Shown here one piece after another: positions 1 to 12,762 of a stretch of DNA of 64,000 bases. Source of the stretch: Lytechinus pictus (Eukaryota); assembly GCF_037042905.1 (NCBI RefSeq), contig NC_087250.1:19098001-19162000 (forward strand), in the 5' to 3' direction. The notes beneath the pieces were generated by a model. It saw only the letters and a list, made by a program, of their open reading frames with translations. It was not told the DNA's origin and did not search any database. The translations under genes and the position numbers were made by a program. Position 1 is the stretch's first letter; the number at the start of each line of letters is the position of its first letter.

Positions 1-155
1 ATGTTAATTGCACGTGTTCAGGGATGAATTAATTGTTGTTTCACACGACAACAGGGATGCATAAGTACATGAAGATGCTTTTTTTTCCATGTGTGATTCC
101 AGTGAAATACAATGATTTTATTGACATTCTTTATTCTCTTTGTTGTTCTATACAG

Positions 156-3100
156 TCAACCAATTCTCATCCAACTAATGACGAGCTTCGAGAGTCTGCT
201 GAAAAACTGCACATTCCTTCATCCCTATCAAAGGTTTGTCTTTAAAAAAAAACAATAAGCAGTGTATGTACACTAAATTCCTAGTTCAATGGAAATTTCA
301 GTTATTTGAGAATTGTAATGAGAAAGGTAAAAATTGTGTCATGATATCATGTTACAGTTGTCTGTATTATATTTCTTTGTTGTTGTAGCATATAAAAGAT
401 GGGTTTTTTTTGCATTGCACCATTACTATTATTAGGAGCTTTATCACTTTCACAGTTCATTGTTTATTCATATTTTTGCCACATTCAATTCCTAGTTCAA
501 TGGAAATTTCAGTTATTTGAGATATGTGATGAGAAAGGTAAAAAAATGTGTCATGATATCATGTTACAGTTGTCTGTATCATGTATCATATTTCTTTGTT
601 GTTGTAGCATATACAAAATTGTTTTTTTTTGCATTGCACCATTACTATTATTAGTAGCCTATCACTTTCACAGTTCATTGTTTATTCATATTTTTTTCCA
701 CATTTTAAATACTACAGCCAACACAATCTTATCCAGCCCGTAGCAAGCGTGAACTTACTAGCGATGAAGAACTCACTCCTTCATTCCCTATAAAGGTAAA
801 ACTTCTTATCAGTGTACACGCTCTTGAATTAATATAAAGTGGACTAATTCAAAGAAGGGGGGAGGGGGTCTTCTGAGGTGAGGTTAGAACATTGAATACT
901 TTATTACCAAATTATTATTGTCGTAAGGGAGAATCGGTTGGGTACCAGAAAGATGCTCCTGTACTAAAGCTTATCTGTTATTAACCAGCTTCATATTAGA
1001 AATGTGACACTTTGCAGTGTAGCTTGTCAAAATCAATTTTATAATTGAATGATCTAACATGTACTTTATTGTAATCCTTACAGGACCACCTTTCGCTACA
1101 ATCTCGGCCTCGTAAGAAGCGCAGACGAGGATCTAAAAAGAAGATGTGCTCCGATAAGGTAATATTCCCTTAATTTTAATTATGTTGACTAATAAAATGT
1201 TTGATGGAATCACAAGGGAAAATAAACTAATTTTCTTCAGTAATTTCCATGTGGAATCATATTTCAAATTGGAATTCTTACATGAATGTGTCTTAATTGG
1301 ATTCATTTTCAAAAGTTACATTCTGGGGTAATATTTTCATACAATTTGTTTTCAGAGAGCATAGAATTTAGTTATTATAGTAAGACATTCTCTGTCCAAA
1401 AGAGCACTTGGATTTCATCAATGTGCTGAAGTACACTTGGATAGTGATTAACCACACATTTAATGAACATCCTTGGTTTTCTGTCAAAAGAGCTGAGCAA
1501 ATTGTGAGTTTGTTGGGAATGCAACATCATGATTTGAATATTTATATCAAATTTAATTATCTATGAAGACATGATTGAAATAAATTGAATAAAGAGAATT
1601 TCTGGCATTCATTATACTTGTACGTGTGCACAAGTTTCCTCCCGCATTAAAATGATCTGAATGGTGGAACTGTGGGCAATTTTTCTAAAATTTTACCTCT
1701 AAATTTTGTTGATTCAATAAAAGAATATATCTATCTTAGTAATTGCTATATGTTTTTGTTACTTTATTTTTGTATGATAACATCAATAATTATAATTGTT
1801 AGTATAATATTAGTGATAGAAGTATTAGCATTGCTGCTGCTACTATTACTAATATTGGCAGCTATTTTTAATAACTTTTAATTATCAACATCATTGTAAA
1901 TAGTACGTTCAGAGTTTGTGCTATTGTTATCTTGATTATTAGTTTACAAGTTTAGGGAACTAATCTATGATTCCATTTTCTTTTCAGGAAAGAACCTTCC
2001 AATCTTCAGACTCAAGCACACAGACATGCCTTGAAGACATTGATGACAATGGACTGAGGGAGGAGAGCACACAGTGGCCTCCAGACTTTGATGCTATCAA
2101 CATTGACCATAATTACCCACAAACACAGTTGCCAGTTGTGTGGCCATGTTGTGCAAAAAGTAAACTCAACAGCAAGACTCAAGGGTCATCACCTTTGACC
2201 GAGCCATCGATGGCTATGCCTCCACCTCCACCACCAAGCCAATCACCATCTGGCTCCCCACCCACTGCACCTGGACCACCATTACCCAGCATGACCGTAA
2301 CTACCTCTCAAGAATCGGTATCAATATCACCTAGACCTTCACCAGAATCAGAATTGCACGTTCAGCCCAGTGAAATATTGACACCTCTTTTGTCTCCCAA
2401 GAATTCTTCGATGTCAGATGAATCATCTTCTGATGAACTAACATCGTCGCAAGATAGTTCTTCTAGTTCAACTTCCCTTTACAACACCGGCACATCAAGT
2501 GACCCTTCTTACCTACCTTCTGATGAGGAATCCTCCAGCTCAGAACCAGAAGATGAGCCACCACAGCTTCGCTATGTGAAGGAAAAGAAGTTTCTAGTGT
2601 TTGAGGAATGTCTTGACACTTTGTTATATTCACAGAAGTGTGCTAAGTGTGGTTCTGGACAGATATGCGAGATAAAGAAGTACTGTGTGGGCACAATGCT
2701 TGTAGCAGACCTCACATGCTTTTGTGGAAACGTGTTCAAATGGTCTTCACAACCGAAGATTGGGAAACAACCAGTTGGCAACCTTCTGACAGCGTCTGCA
2801 ATACTTCTCAGTGGCAAGACTTATGAACAGTTGCGATTCTTTGCGGAACTTCTCAACCTCCAATTCCTATCCCACACCACCTTCAACTCCATCCAAAATG
2901 CAGCCCTCCTCCCCACCATAAATCACTTTTACGAAGAAAACATCTCTTCTGTAAAAAGGGAAGTAAAGTGTAGAAATGACCAGGTAGTCTTGTGCGGAGA
3001 TGGGAGGTGTGACAGTCCCGGATACAACGCCAAATACTGTACATATACATTTATTGACATGAAGTCCAACAAAATCCTGGACATGTCCGTTGTCCAGGTG

Positions 3101-4048
3101 ACTGAGGCATCAAGCTCTGTTGCCATGGAGAAGATCGGTTGTCAGCGGACATTAGAGAAGATATTACAGGACGGCATCAACGTTGCGACAGTAGCAACCG
3201 ACAGGCATACGGGAATCCGTAAGATGCTCAGGGAACTTTACCCGTACATCATCCACCAATTTGATGTCTGGCATCTCACCAAATCCATAGGAAAGCGGCT
3301 AATAACAAAGTCCAAGCAGAAAGAATGTAGTGAGCTTTGTCAGTGGACCCAGGCCATAAACAATCATATCTGGTGGGCTGCTCAACATTGTAGAGGAGAT
3401 CCGGATTTGATCATTGAAATGATCCAGTCGATCACCCATCACATATGTAATATACATCAATGGAATTCTTGTGACCAGTATCATAACTGCGCACATAGAG
3501 AATTCACCGAAGAGGAGATCGAGGCAAGAAAATGGTTTGTTCCAGGATCCAAGGCGCACACAGCTCTCCAGGAAGTCTTATTCGACACCAGGTTGGTCAA
3601 GGACATGAGACACCTAACCCAGGCTTGCCATACAGGGTCCATAGAGGCTTACCACAACCTGTATCTCAAATATGCTCCCAAGCGTCTCCACTTTAAGTAT
3701 CCAGCAATGCTTGGGCGTGCCCAGCTTGCTGTTCTGGATCACAACCACAACGTGGAAACCAAACAAGCCACTGTCAAGTGCCCAAGGAGAGGTACAGCAC
3801 CAAAGGGTAGCCCGAGATATCGGTATGTGTTCTCCAAACACACTAAGGAGTGGATCCGGAAGAAGGTCCCAGAAGACAAGGACTACACTTACCTCTGGGA
3901 AGTTATGGTTGCAGTGCTTGAGGTGAAAATGGGCGAATTTCTACCAGAAGATCCCATCATTCCACATCTTCCAGAGAACATTGCGCCAGTACCTCGTCCT
4001 CCTCGTGCTGAAATTGACTCTCGTGCAACGACTAGGTTCACCTCTTAG
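156..4048 (+). CDS. Kolobok-type DDE transposase, 5'-partial; exons 156-233, 718-795, 1084-1158, 1988-4048
   Basis: The large exon encodes CAKC...CFCG (Zn-binding), GDGRCDSPGYNAKYCTY, TDRH, FDVWH and HTGSIEAYHNLYLKYAPKR (D, D, E triad motifs). Three upstream AG/GT-bounded exons are all phase 0 and open. The third encodes an NLS-like RPRKKRRRGSKKK. The ORF-track ATG at 1967 lies in the polypyrimidine tract before the acceptor at 1986-1987. Confidence 0.85.
276..703 (+). repeat. Two-copy ~211 bp direct duplication in a transposase intron
   Basis: AATTCCTAGTTCAATGGAAATTTCAGTTATTTGAGA starts at both 276 and 487, and the downstream sequence stays co-linear. Confidence 0.9.
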
Positions 4049-4739
4049 GAAGAAGTTAACTACAGGTTGGATGAGAGGTCACCATGTAACTTCTGGTGAT
4101 TGACCCCCAGCCAGTACCTCGTCCTCCTCGTGCTGAAATTGACTCTCGTGCAACGACTAGGTTCACCTCTTAGGAAGAAGTTAACTACAGGTTGGATGAG
4201 AGGTCACCATGTAACTTCTGGTGATTGACCCCCAGCCAGTACCTTGTTCTCCTCGTGCTGAAATTGACTCTCGTGCAACGACTAGGTTCACCTCTTAGGA
4301 AGATGTTAGCTACAGGTTGGATGAGAGGTCACCATGTAACTTCTGGTGATTGACCCCCAGCCAGTACCTTGTTCTCCTCGTGCTGAAATTGACTCTCGTG
4401 CAACGACTAGCTTCACCTCTTAGGAAGATGTTAGCTTCAGGTTGGATGAGAGGTCACCATGTAACTTCTGGTGATTGACCCCCAGCCAGTACCTTGTTCT
4501 CCTCGTGCTGAAATTGACTCTCGTGCAACGACTAGCTTCACCTCTTAGGAAGATGTTAGCTTCAGGTTGGATGAGAGGTCACCATGTAACTTCTGGTGAT
4601 TGACCCCCAGCCAGTACCTTGTTCTCCTCGTGCTGAAATTGACTCTCGTGCAACGACTAGCTTCACCTCTTAGGAAGATGTTAATTAGCTTCAGGTTGGA
4701 TGAGAGGTCACCATGTAACTTCTGGTGATTGACCCCCAA
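3986..4739 (+). repeat. Six-copy 125 bp tandem repeat spanning the transposase stop codon
   Basis: Units start CCAGTACCT at 3986, 4111, 4236, 4361, 4486 and 4611. The first unit encodes the last ~20 codons and the TAG stop. Confidence 0.95.
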
Positions 4740-7700
4740 CCACAAACATGGTCTCTTCAATGTCATTTATATGAATACTACAGTAATTGAAATTTATATG
4801 TGGACCATTTATGTTTCACTTGCAGAAAGATACTGATGAGGTACAGATTTATAATACTTGATTTTATCACATTACTTCCAGAATTGACTCTAAAAAGTAT
4901 ATGATTTCTATTCATTGATGTCATGTATATGAATTCAAGACGAGAACAAGCGTTACTTTACCTTGCAGAAAGGTGACGCGCTTCATATTGGATGAGAGGT
5001 CATTACGGTTACATAACTTATGGTGAGGGACTCCTTACGAACACATGCAGTATTTTCTCTTTAAATGTTAAGCATAAAAGTTCACGAAGGAGATGCATCC
5101 AACGTAGTTGCTGGATAGTTACCTATGCAAATTCATTTACGTAAATGGGCCTCATGTGTAAAAATTTCACTGATGTAGCCAACAGGTTGTTGTAAGTGTC
5201 AACAAGTCATACATTGTGGGATTGAAGATCCAATACATTATTAGACATGAAAGTCATATGTGTTATGGACAAAGTATTTGAGATATTTTTGAGACAGGAA
5301 ATATACATTATTGTATTTTCAGTTATTTTGTGTTCCCATTCACTCCTGGTGTTGATCTACTGTATCAGGAAGTAAATTTTTGATGTTCAGATGCCAGAAT
5401 CACAGAAATAACACTGCCGAAAGATTTTATTGATGCAGTTTATACTCTGATAATTGTAGGTTGTTAATTGAATTAGTGATGTAATTTATATTCATATTTT
5501 ATTAGTTTCTATGTAAAAAGGACCTCAAAATCCCAAAGTCTTACAACTGGCTATGAATGGATACCAATTTTCAGACAAAAGTAGGAACACTCTCTTACAA
5601 AAGAAGGGCCCATTTTTTTGTAATTTGTCTTTATTTTGATCCTACATGCAAGTAGCATCCTACATGTTCTTTTACATCTGTGGGAGTTGGCAATGCAGTT
5701 ATTGTATTCCATCTAATATGCGCAGGCACATTAGGGTACACTACTACAATTGTCAGAGTTCCCAGCCCATCAGGGATTTTATTTTTATTTTTTTCCATTT
5801 GGAAAAAATCAGGGAATTTGATCAGACCCAAAAGTCGAAAGTACATGTACCTCAAATCAGGGAATATGCCTCAAACGAGGGAAAAATAGGAATTTTGATC
5901 AGCCCAAAAGTCGAAATCATGGTAGTCAGTCCGACTCTGTTATATATCAACATATCAACCTCTTGCTGTATAAGGTGAGAAAATGATGGCTGTATGGGGA
6001 GAAAGGAGGCCATAACATGCCTGTGTAATAGTACCAACTGAATCGTACATTATTGTTTTTATACAGAAATACATGTACATGTATTTCACGGCAACGACAT
6101 AGAAAACATGCAAACCTGGGAATGGGTATAATCAGGGAATTTGTTTTATCGAAAAGCTGTGAACCCTGATTGTAATGTTTGTGAGGTTGGACTCCCACAT
6201 ACATGTAGCTGTGCAGCATTTACATGTAGTTACATATATCTCTTCATTGCATGTCAAAATGGTTTTTACCTAAGTTTACTTATGGAAAATAAAGTTTGTC
6301 ACAAGTTACGTGTAATTTCAACATGTGTTCAATCGATTACAGTGCACTTGAACTTGGTAGTGAAAAGTGTTACATGAATGTAAAGTTTGACAGAAAATAG
6401 TTTAGTGTGTTAAAAAAAAAAATCAGTCACACCACACACTTGTGTGACTACATTTTGGTCTGAGACTGCCAAATCGAAGCGTTATCTTTCTGTGAATGAT
6501 ATTCTCAAAAAGTGCACCTTAGAGAATACACAACATGAGATTGGCAATTGTCACTCATGTGATTCTAACAGAATCTATTAGAATATAAACTGTTTTTAAA
6601 TGTAGAATTTGATACTTTGTATTATAATGATTCCTACGGAAATTGCTCAATAATTTGCAAAACAACTGTCTGTTTTTCTGTCAGGCCTTTCCCCATCTCT
6701 CTGTTATATTACAACACCTGGCCACACGTTCGTTTACAAACTTATTTCAGCTTGCTGTTACTCGGTTTTCACACATTTTCCTTATTGATTTGCAAATCTT
6801 TTTTCTTGAAATTGTTGCTCCATCTGACTAGGCAACTTTGCCTCCGAGTAAGAACCGCCTGTTTAATTTGTACATACATTCAGAAGATTATTTTTTAATA
6901 TATATAATGGTATTAGTATTTCTGTTGTCAGCCTCAAGGTACACAGAAGAGTGAACTCATATTACTCTTGGTTATGTATGTAATCTATGTTGACTAGAGA
7001 TGATATGATGTGCCCTTTTTCCATGAGAGGACAAAATTTGTCATACTTATGTGTTTTTTATTGGAAATATTCTGTTTTTTATACATTTACTTTGTTTTGA
7101 TGAAATTACATTTTTTGCTATGGTAAAATTAGTTTGACAAGAAGTGATGAATAAATCTGTACTAAAATGTTCTTTTTAGTAGATATGTGAATTGTAAATT
7201 TTAGTTGGGACAGCTCCCCCATTTAGTTATTGTGCCTGTAATGTTTAGTTTTACAGATTGTCACCAATGCCTTTCCTTATGGCCAGTGATTGAATGATAG
7301 AAGGCATCATGCCCAGTCCAACTTGTGGGAAGTTGAACTTAGATCATGTGTACTTAAAAAATTCTTTGCTCCTAATTTTCCATGTAGTTGTATGCATAAT
7401 TACTACAACTTTTTAGAATTTGTAACACTCTATAATGAACCTGTCAGGGTTTGCTTGAATTCTCATTTAACTGTTTCTCTGCATTTTCTTGTTTTATATG
7501 TAAATTACTGTTGAACATGTAAGGGAGTAACTAATTTTCTCAATGAATCATTTCCGGCTACTTCAACATTCCCAATCTCAAATTTTGTTTTAAAACATTG
7601 TGTTTCTCATGCAGTTTAGTTTTTCCCCCTTTACTGATGAGTGACTGCCACTTTTCCTTCTCCCTATAAAGAATGAATTGTATCTGGGAGGGGGGGGGGG

Positions 7701-8235
7701 GTAAATTTAGCTGGAACATGTATTCTGTAAGATTAAAGGATGGTGATTGAGGAGTATGTGCATGTATATTCTGTCTTTTTGTGGTTTTGATGGGTTTCCC
7801 CCAGTTAATATAATTACTGCACTGTTTGTGAATTTTACAAAGTAAAAGTTTTTTTCATAGTATTGCTATGTGTTCTGCCTTGTTTGTCCTTTTTTCTGGT
7901 GATGGTTTACATTCATTATCACATTTTAGTGAGGAATAGTGCATAGAAATATAACCTGAAGCATGTTAAAAAGCAATGAAAATTATAACAGTAATACAAA
8001 AATTATAGACATTAATGATTAATTATTGCTGCTAATAGTTATGTTGACAAAAAAATTCAAGCACCAAACTTTTTGATCAGTACTCAAGGAGAGAGGGCCA
8101 AAAATAGCTGAAGATGTAAAAGGGAGAAGAGCAGAGTGAGCGAGAGAAGGTGAGAGTGAGGGAGAGAGATGTAAACTGGCGAAGTTGAGCTCATCTTGTT
8201 ATGGTAATATGGAAATGTGTACAAGTTGAAATAAA

Positions 8236-8556
8236 AGGTCAATTCCACCCAACATCAAGTTTATTCATTCTATTTGGAACAAAGGGGCTACATGAAGAAG
8301 GTCCTGAAAGTCTTGCAAAATACATGTACACAAGAAAGATATTTCCAAATTATGATGACATTGTACATGTACAGCAGTTTTGGAGAGCAGTTATAAAATG
8401 ACATAGTCATAAAAAAATTGGCATCAAGAGACTGCGAAAAAGGTTCTCAATGTCACACCCTTAATGTATATATGTTTTAATTACCTTCAATTTTATATAT
8501 ATTTATATGCGACTTGTATATGTTGGGATCAACTTGATGTTGGGGTGGATTTACTT
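8236..8556. mobile_element. Degenerate MITE, probably Kolobok/T2 type
   Basis: Inverted ends AGGTCAATTCCACCCAACATCAAGTT ... AACTTGATGTTGGGGTGGATTTACTT; the TSD is eroded. Confidence 0.55.
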
Positions 8557-8669
8557 TCGAACTGCACCATTGGAAAAAAAAAATGCTTACAAGGGCTTAC
8601 CCTGTGACCTGCTTACTCAAATGTTCGTGTTATCAGTTTACACGTGTCCATGTATGTTGAAATACATAT

Positions 8670-10210
8670 GAAGAGCTTGATTCCAAAAGGGGCTAAATGC
8701 ACTTTTGACCAAAATTGGTCTTGGGTAAAAAATTTTACCCAAAGAGTGGGAAGGTTGGTAAAATTTTTTGGTAAAATGTTTTGTTCCAAAAAGAGCTAAA
8801 TCCAAAACAGTTTTGTTCCATAAGGAGCTTAATCCTTTACCAGGTCAATTACTTTTCATATAGTCATGCATTTTAATTTTTAGGTACATGATGTGGATAC
8901 AAGTGCACACCATCAGTGCATATTTTGTTGAAAATTACAGAATTTTACAATTCTCATATTTTTTTATTTAGCTGCTTTTGGAATAAAAGATCAAAAGGTA
9001 GCTGTCTGTAGAAAAGGTTTTTTTTCTTTTTAAAATTATAAATGGATAAACATCCAAAATGATGTAAAATGTACTCTGATTACGTGTTGCTTGTTAAATT
9101 TCCAATGTTGAAATGGACAAAAATGGGCATTCAACCATTCCAAAAGGAGCTAAATGCATGATTTTCTTTTATTATTAATAGATATTGAATGCTATATTTT
9201 TTCAAACATGATTTAATTCATTTGAGATGACAGCACTATCGTATATATAAATACTGTATATATATGAAGAGTTTAGTTGCAAAGGGGTTAGGTCCACTTT
9301 TTCCATTCCAAGAAAAACCATGTTTTTTATTCTCACTGCAATACTCTGAGAAACTAAATTGTCATGATGTACTACTCTATCATGTGAACATAAAATTGGG
9401 TATAAAAAAATCTACCCATCTTCAATTTTTTCTATATATTCTTTTAAAAATTATCATTGTGGACCTAACCCCTTTTGCAACTAAACTGAAATGAATCCAA
9501 TCTATTTTGATTAAATAGGTGATTTTTCTTTGCCACTTTTATTCACGTTTTTATGTGAATTTCAAATTTTCGTTGTTTTCATCAGAACGACTAAAATTTA
9601 GAGGATTTGAGACAGAAAACAATAAAAATTTATGAACAATGGACCTAACCCTTTTTGACAAATGAGCTCTTTACAGCTCATTTGTCAAAAAGCTTTAGAG
9701 CTCATCAGTTTGCAAAAGGGGATAGGTCCACGCCAAGAAAATTATTTTTTTAATTCTCCCATATTGCAATATTCTTATGCGAAACTAAATTTTCATGATA
9801 CCCTACCATGAGAAAATAAAATGGGGTATAAAGAAATCCACCTGTCTTGATATTTTTGTAAACTATTCTTTTCCAAAAAAATTCTGTGTGGTCCTAACCC
9901 CTTTTGCAACTAAACTGAAATGGACCTAACCCCTTTTGAAAAAAAAGTGATTTTTCGTTGCCATTTTATATCACTTTTTAATGGGAATTTCAACTTTTCT
10001 TTGGTATCATCTTATAGAGCTACTAAAAATCTATACATTGAGAAAAAAAAATCAAATTTGATGAAAAATGGACCTAATCCCTTTTGCAAGTGAGCTCTTC
10101 ATATATCAAAATAAAATAGCAGTGGATCAGGGAAAATGGTGAATTAAAAATCCTTGATTTACAGAATAGCTCCAAAAGTGGATTTAGCTCCTAATGGAAT
10201 AAAATTCTTC
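8670..10210. mobile_element. Non-autonomous TIR element with ATAT target duplication (possibly Sola-like), outer element of a nest
   Basis: ATAT|GAAGAGCTTGATTCCAAAAGGGGCTAAATGCACTTTTG ... CAAAAGTGGATTTAGCTCCTAATGGAATAAAATTCTTC|ATAT. The TIR motif also recurs internally. Confidence 0.75.
9266..10100. mobile_element. Related TIR element nested in the previous one; head-to-tail dimer of a ~400 bp unit
   Basis: ATAT|GAAGAGTTTAGTTGCAAAGGGGTTAGGTCC ... GGACCTAATCCCTTTTGCAAGTGAGCTCTTC|ATAT. Segment 9266-9670 is co-linear with ~9697-10100. Confidence 0.75.
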
Positions 10211-12762
10211 ATATCCATGTACACAAGACTACGTCCTCTTTCTCACACAGGTATGATTGTTACCCAACAGTCTACATAATGCACATCAATATGTTTTGAG
10301 TCAAATATGTTTTGAGTCAAGTATTTTTCAAATTTTATTAACATAAAATGACACACATATATGATAGAAATTGTAACTTTTTTCTACAATAATGATTTTA
10401 ATATACATGTAAAACAAATTAAAATGGCATTTATTTACATGTACAGAAACAACTGAAAATAAATTGGTGATTGATAATCCTAGCCCCATGAGTATGGAAC
10501 AGTTCACAAGCACTTTACAAAAAAGGAAAATAAGCAGTTATCTCTGTTTTAGTGACTGTTACTAAATGTCCGATATATTCTAAAAGTGTGTTGTGCACCT
10601 TTTCATTCAAAGACTAATGATACAGTACTTAGTGTGTGCTGCATTTTCTAAACGATACTACAAAATTAAAAAAAGAAATTTGATCTTCATTTTTTACCAT
10701 AAGCATTGTAATAACAGGTTGCCATTACAGCAAATCCATTTCAAAACACACATGCATGCATAATGTAGGTCGCATGTATGATGTACATTCTAACTCGAGT
10801 GTGTCAATTTAAATTAAAATTGCTTTACAAAGTAATACAAGTTAGTGTACCAACATCTATTACAAAATGCAACATTTCATTCCTATTTTAATATATTCCA
10901 ACTGTACATGTATTTGTCATAACAATGGCAGTGCAACCATATATATTTTTTCTGCATAATCATATCTCATCTGAGAAATATGTCGAAAATAAATGTAATT
11001 ACTTCAAAGAAAAAAAGGAAGGGACAGAGTGCCTGAACTGCATGTCATTTTATCTGCAAAATAGAATGACTGAGGCAAGGCTGACCACCCACCCACCCAT
11101 TTCCCTAAAGATGCATTAAAATTTGGAGAAAAAAAATTATTAACATAAACATATATGAGGGGTGAGCAAGATTTGCAACAAATATGACCAGTCACCACTG
11201 AATACTGGTTTAAATGTATATGTATATCAAGGTTTTGACAAAGGTGAACAGCCATGCAACATTTAAAACCTCCCAACTGGAGCAATTGACCTTGCATTCA
11301 ACAACAACAACAAAAAGCTTTATAAACATAATTTTTCTCACTAAAATGTGTATGCCAGGAGCCAATGTGAAACAAATAATTTTCACAATGTCTTTTTTTA
11401 TATGGTTCCAGACAGTCATGTGTAAATTGACAATTTTTTCTCTCGTAGAAACAAGACAATGCTATTCTGCACTCAAGTGATGGTAGTTTTCTTGACCTTT
11501 AAAAAAATAAAAACTTACATGTACATGCAGCCTTCAACAATATAATGTATCCGTTGTTAAAAGTACAACATGTAGACAAATCCAGAGAGAACACCTTACA
11601 GGTACATGTAGAGTCATTAATCTTTCATAATGCAATGTACATGTACAACCTTTTAATTTTTTTATAAACATTGAACTGCATGCAATGAATGACCTACTCC
11701 CATTGTGTTGCCAAAACCTTCTTTGTCAAATTTGTCATATAAAAACGTAATGCATAAAACAAACATAAGTAAATCTTACATGTACTGCAATACAGAAAAC
11801 AAATTAAAATGAAAGATTATAAGAAAGCTAACGTGGGCATCCTCCAGCTTATAATTTGGAAATTCAAACTGTAAATTTGCCCTTCTGTCAAGTTCTGTGT
11901 ACCGTAAGTTCTTACATGCAAGTACCAGGTAATTTCTTTCACACAATATGTTTTCATATTACAGAATTTAATGTTCTGTGTATTACGAATCAGACAATGG
12001 ATTCAAACTTTAAAAACATGTACATGTATTCTTAAATTACAAAAACTAGACACATGCTCAAACATTATGGTACAGTAGTACATGATGTGAATTCTGCATG
12101 TACAATGTATGAACCGCCATTGTCTCTAAAGCTCTAGATATTCCTGTCTGACCCTAAAATTTTAGAATGAATGCAAGAGTTATATGTACATGTAATTTCA
12201 TTTTTAATCCTGGAAAGGTGTAAAATCACTATTTTGATGTAATTCATTATACAGTATACAAAAATATATATGAAAACTTCAATTACATGTAGACACATTT
12301 ACAATAAAATGAATAGGCATTTGATACAGCAAAGTAGGAAAATAATGTATGGACATACATTATGGGACATTATACTGTACATGTGTACTGCATACTGAAT
12401 CTTTTCAACATGCACTCATTATCAGAGTGAAATCTCATGAGCTAAAAGAATGTTGCTACAAAATGTTTTCAGACTTATATAGCATTTGTTTTGTTCTACA
12501 TACTAGCATTATGTTCAATGATGTGATTTTATTCTTCAAAAAGCTTTAGTTTGTCAGTTTTTAATGCTATTTTCTGAATTACAAAGTGGGAAGAAAAAAA
12601 TCACTTTCAAAGCTCCCATTTGATTCCCAACTTCATCCCATGACAGCTTATCACAAAATTGTCTTAATGTACACATATTAACTGAGAGCAAAAGAAGGCA
12701 GGAGTTTCATTTGGGATATAAGAAGGGTCATATAACTGTATGCTGTAGGCTAGCAAAAAGGT

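Noticed and set aside
2572..3926. Short ORFs overlapping the transposase
   Set aside because: Shadow frames of a real coding exon.
5600..12400. Many 60-110 aa ORFs and frequent TACATGTA motifs between the two transposon genes
   Set aside because: AT-rich non-coding sequence; no motifs or consistent exon chain found, so no cargo gene is claimed.
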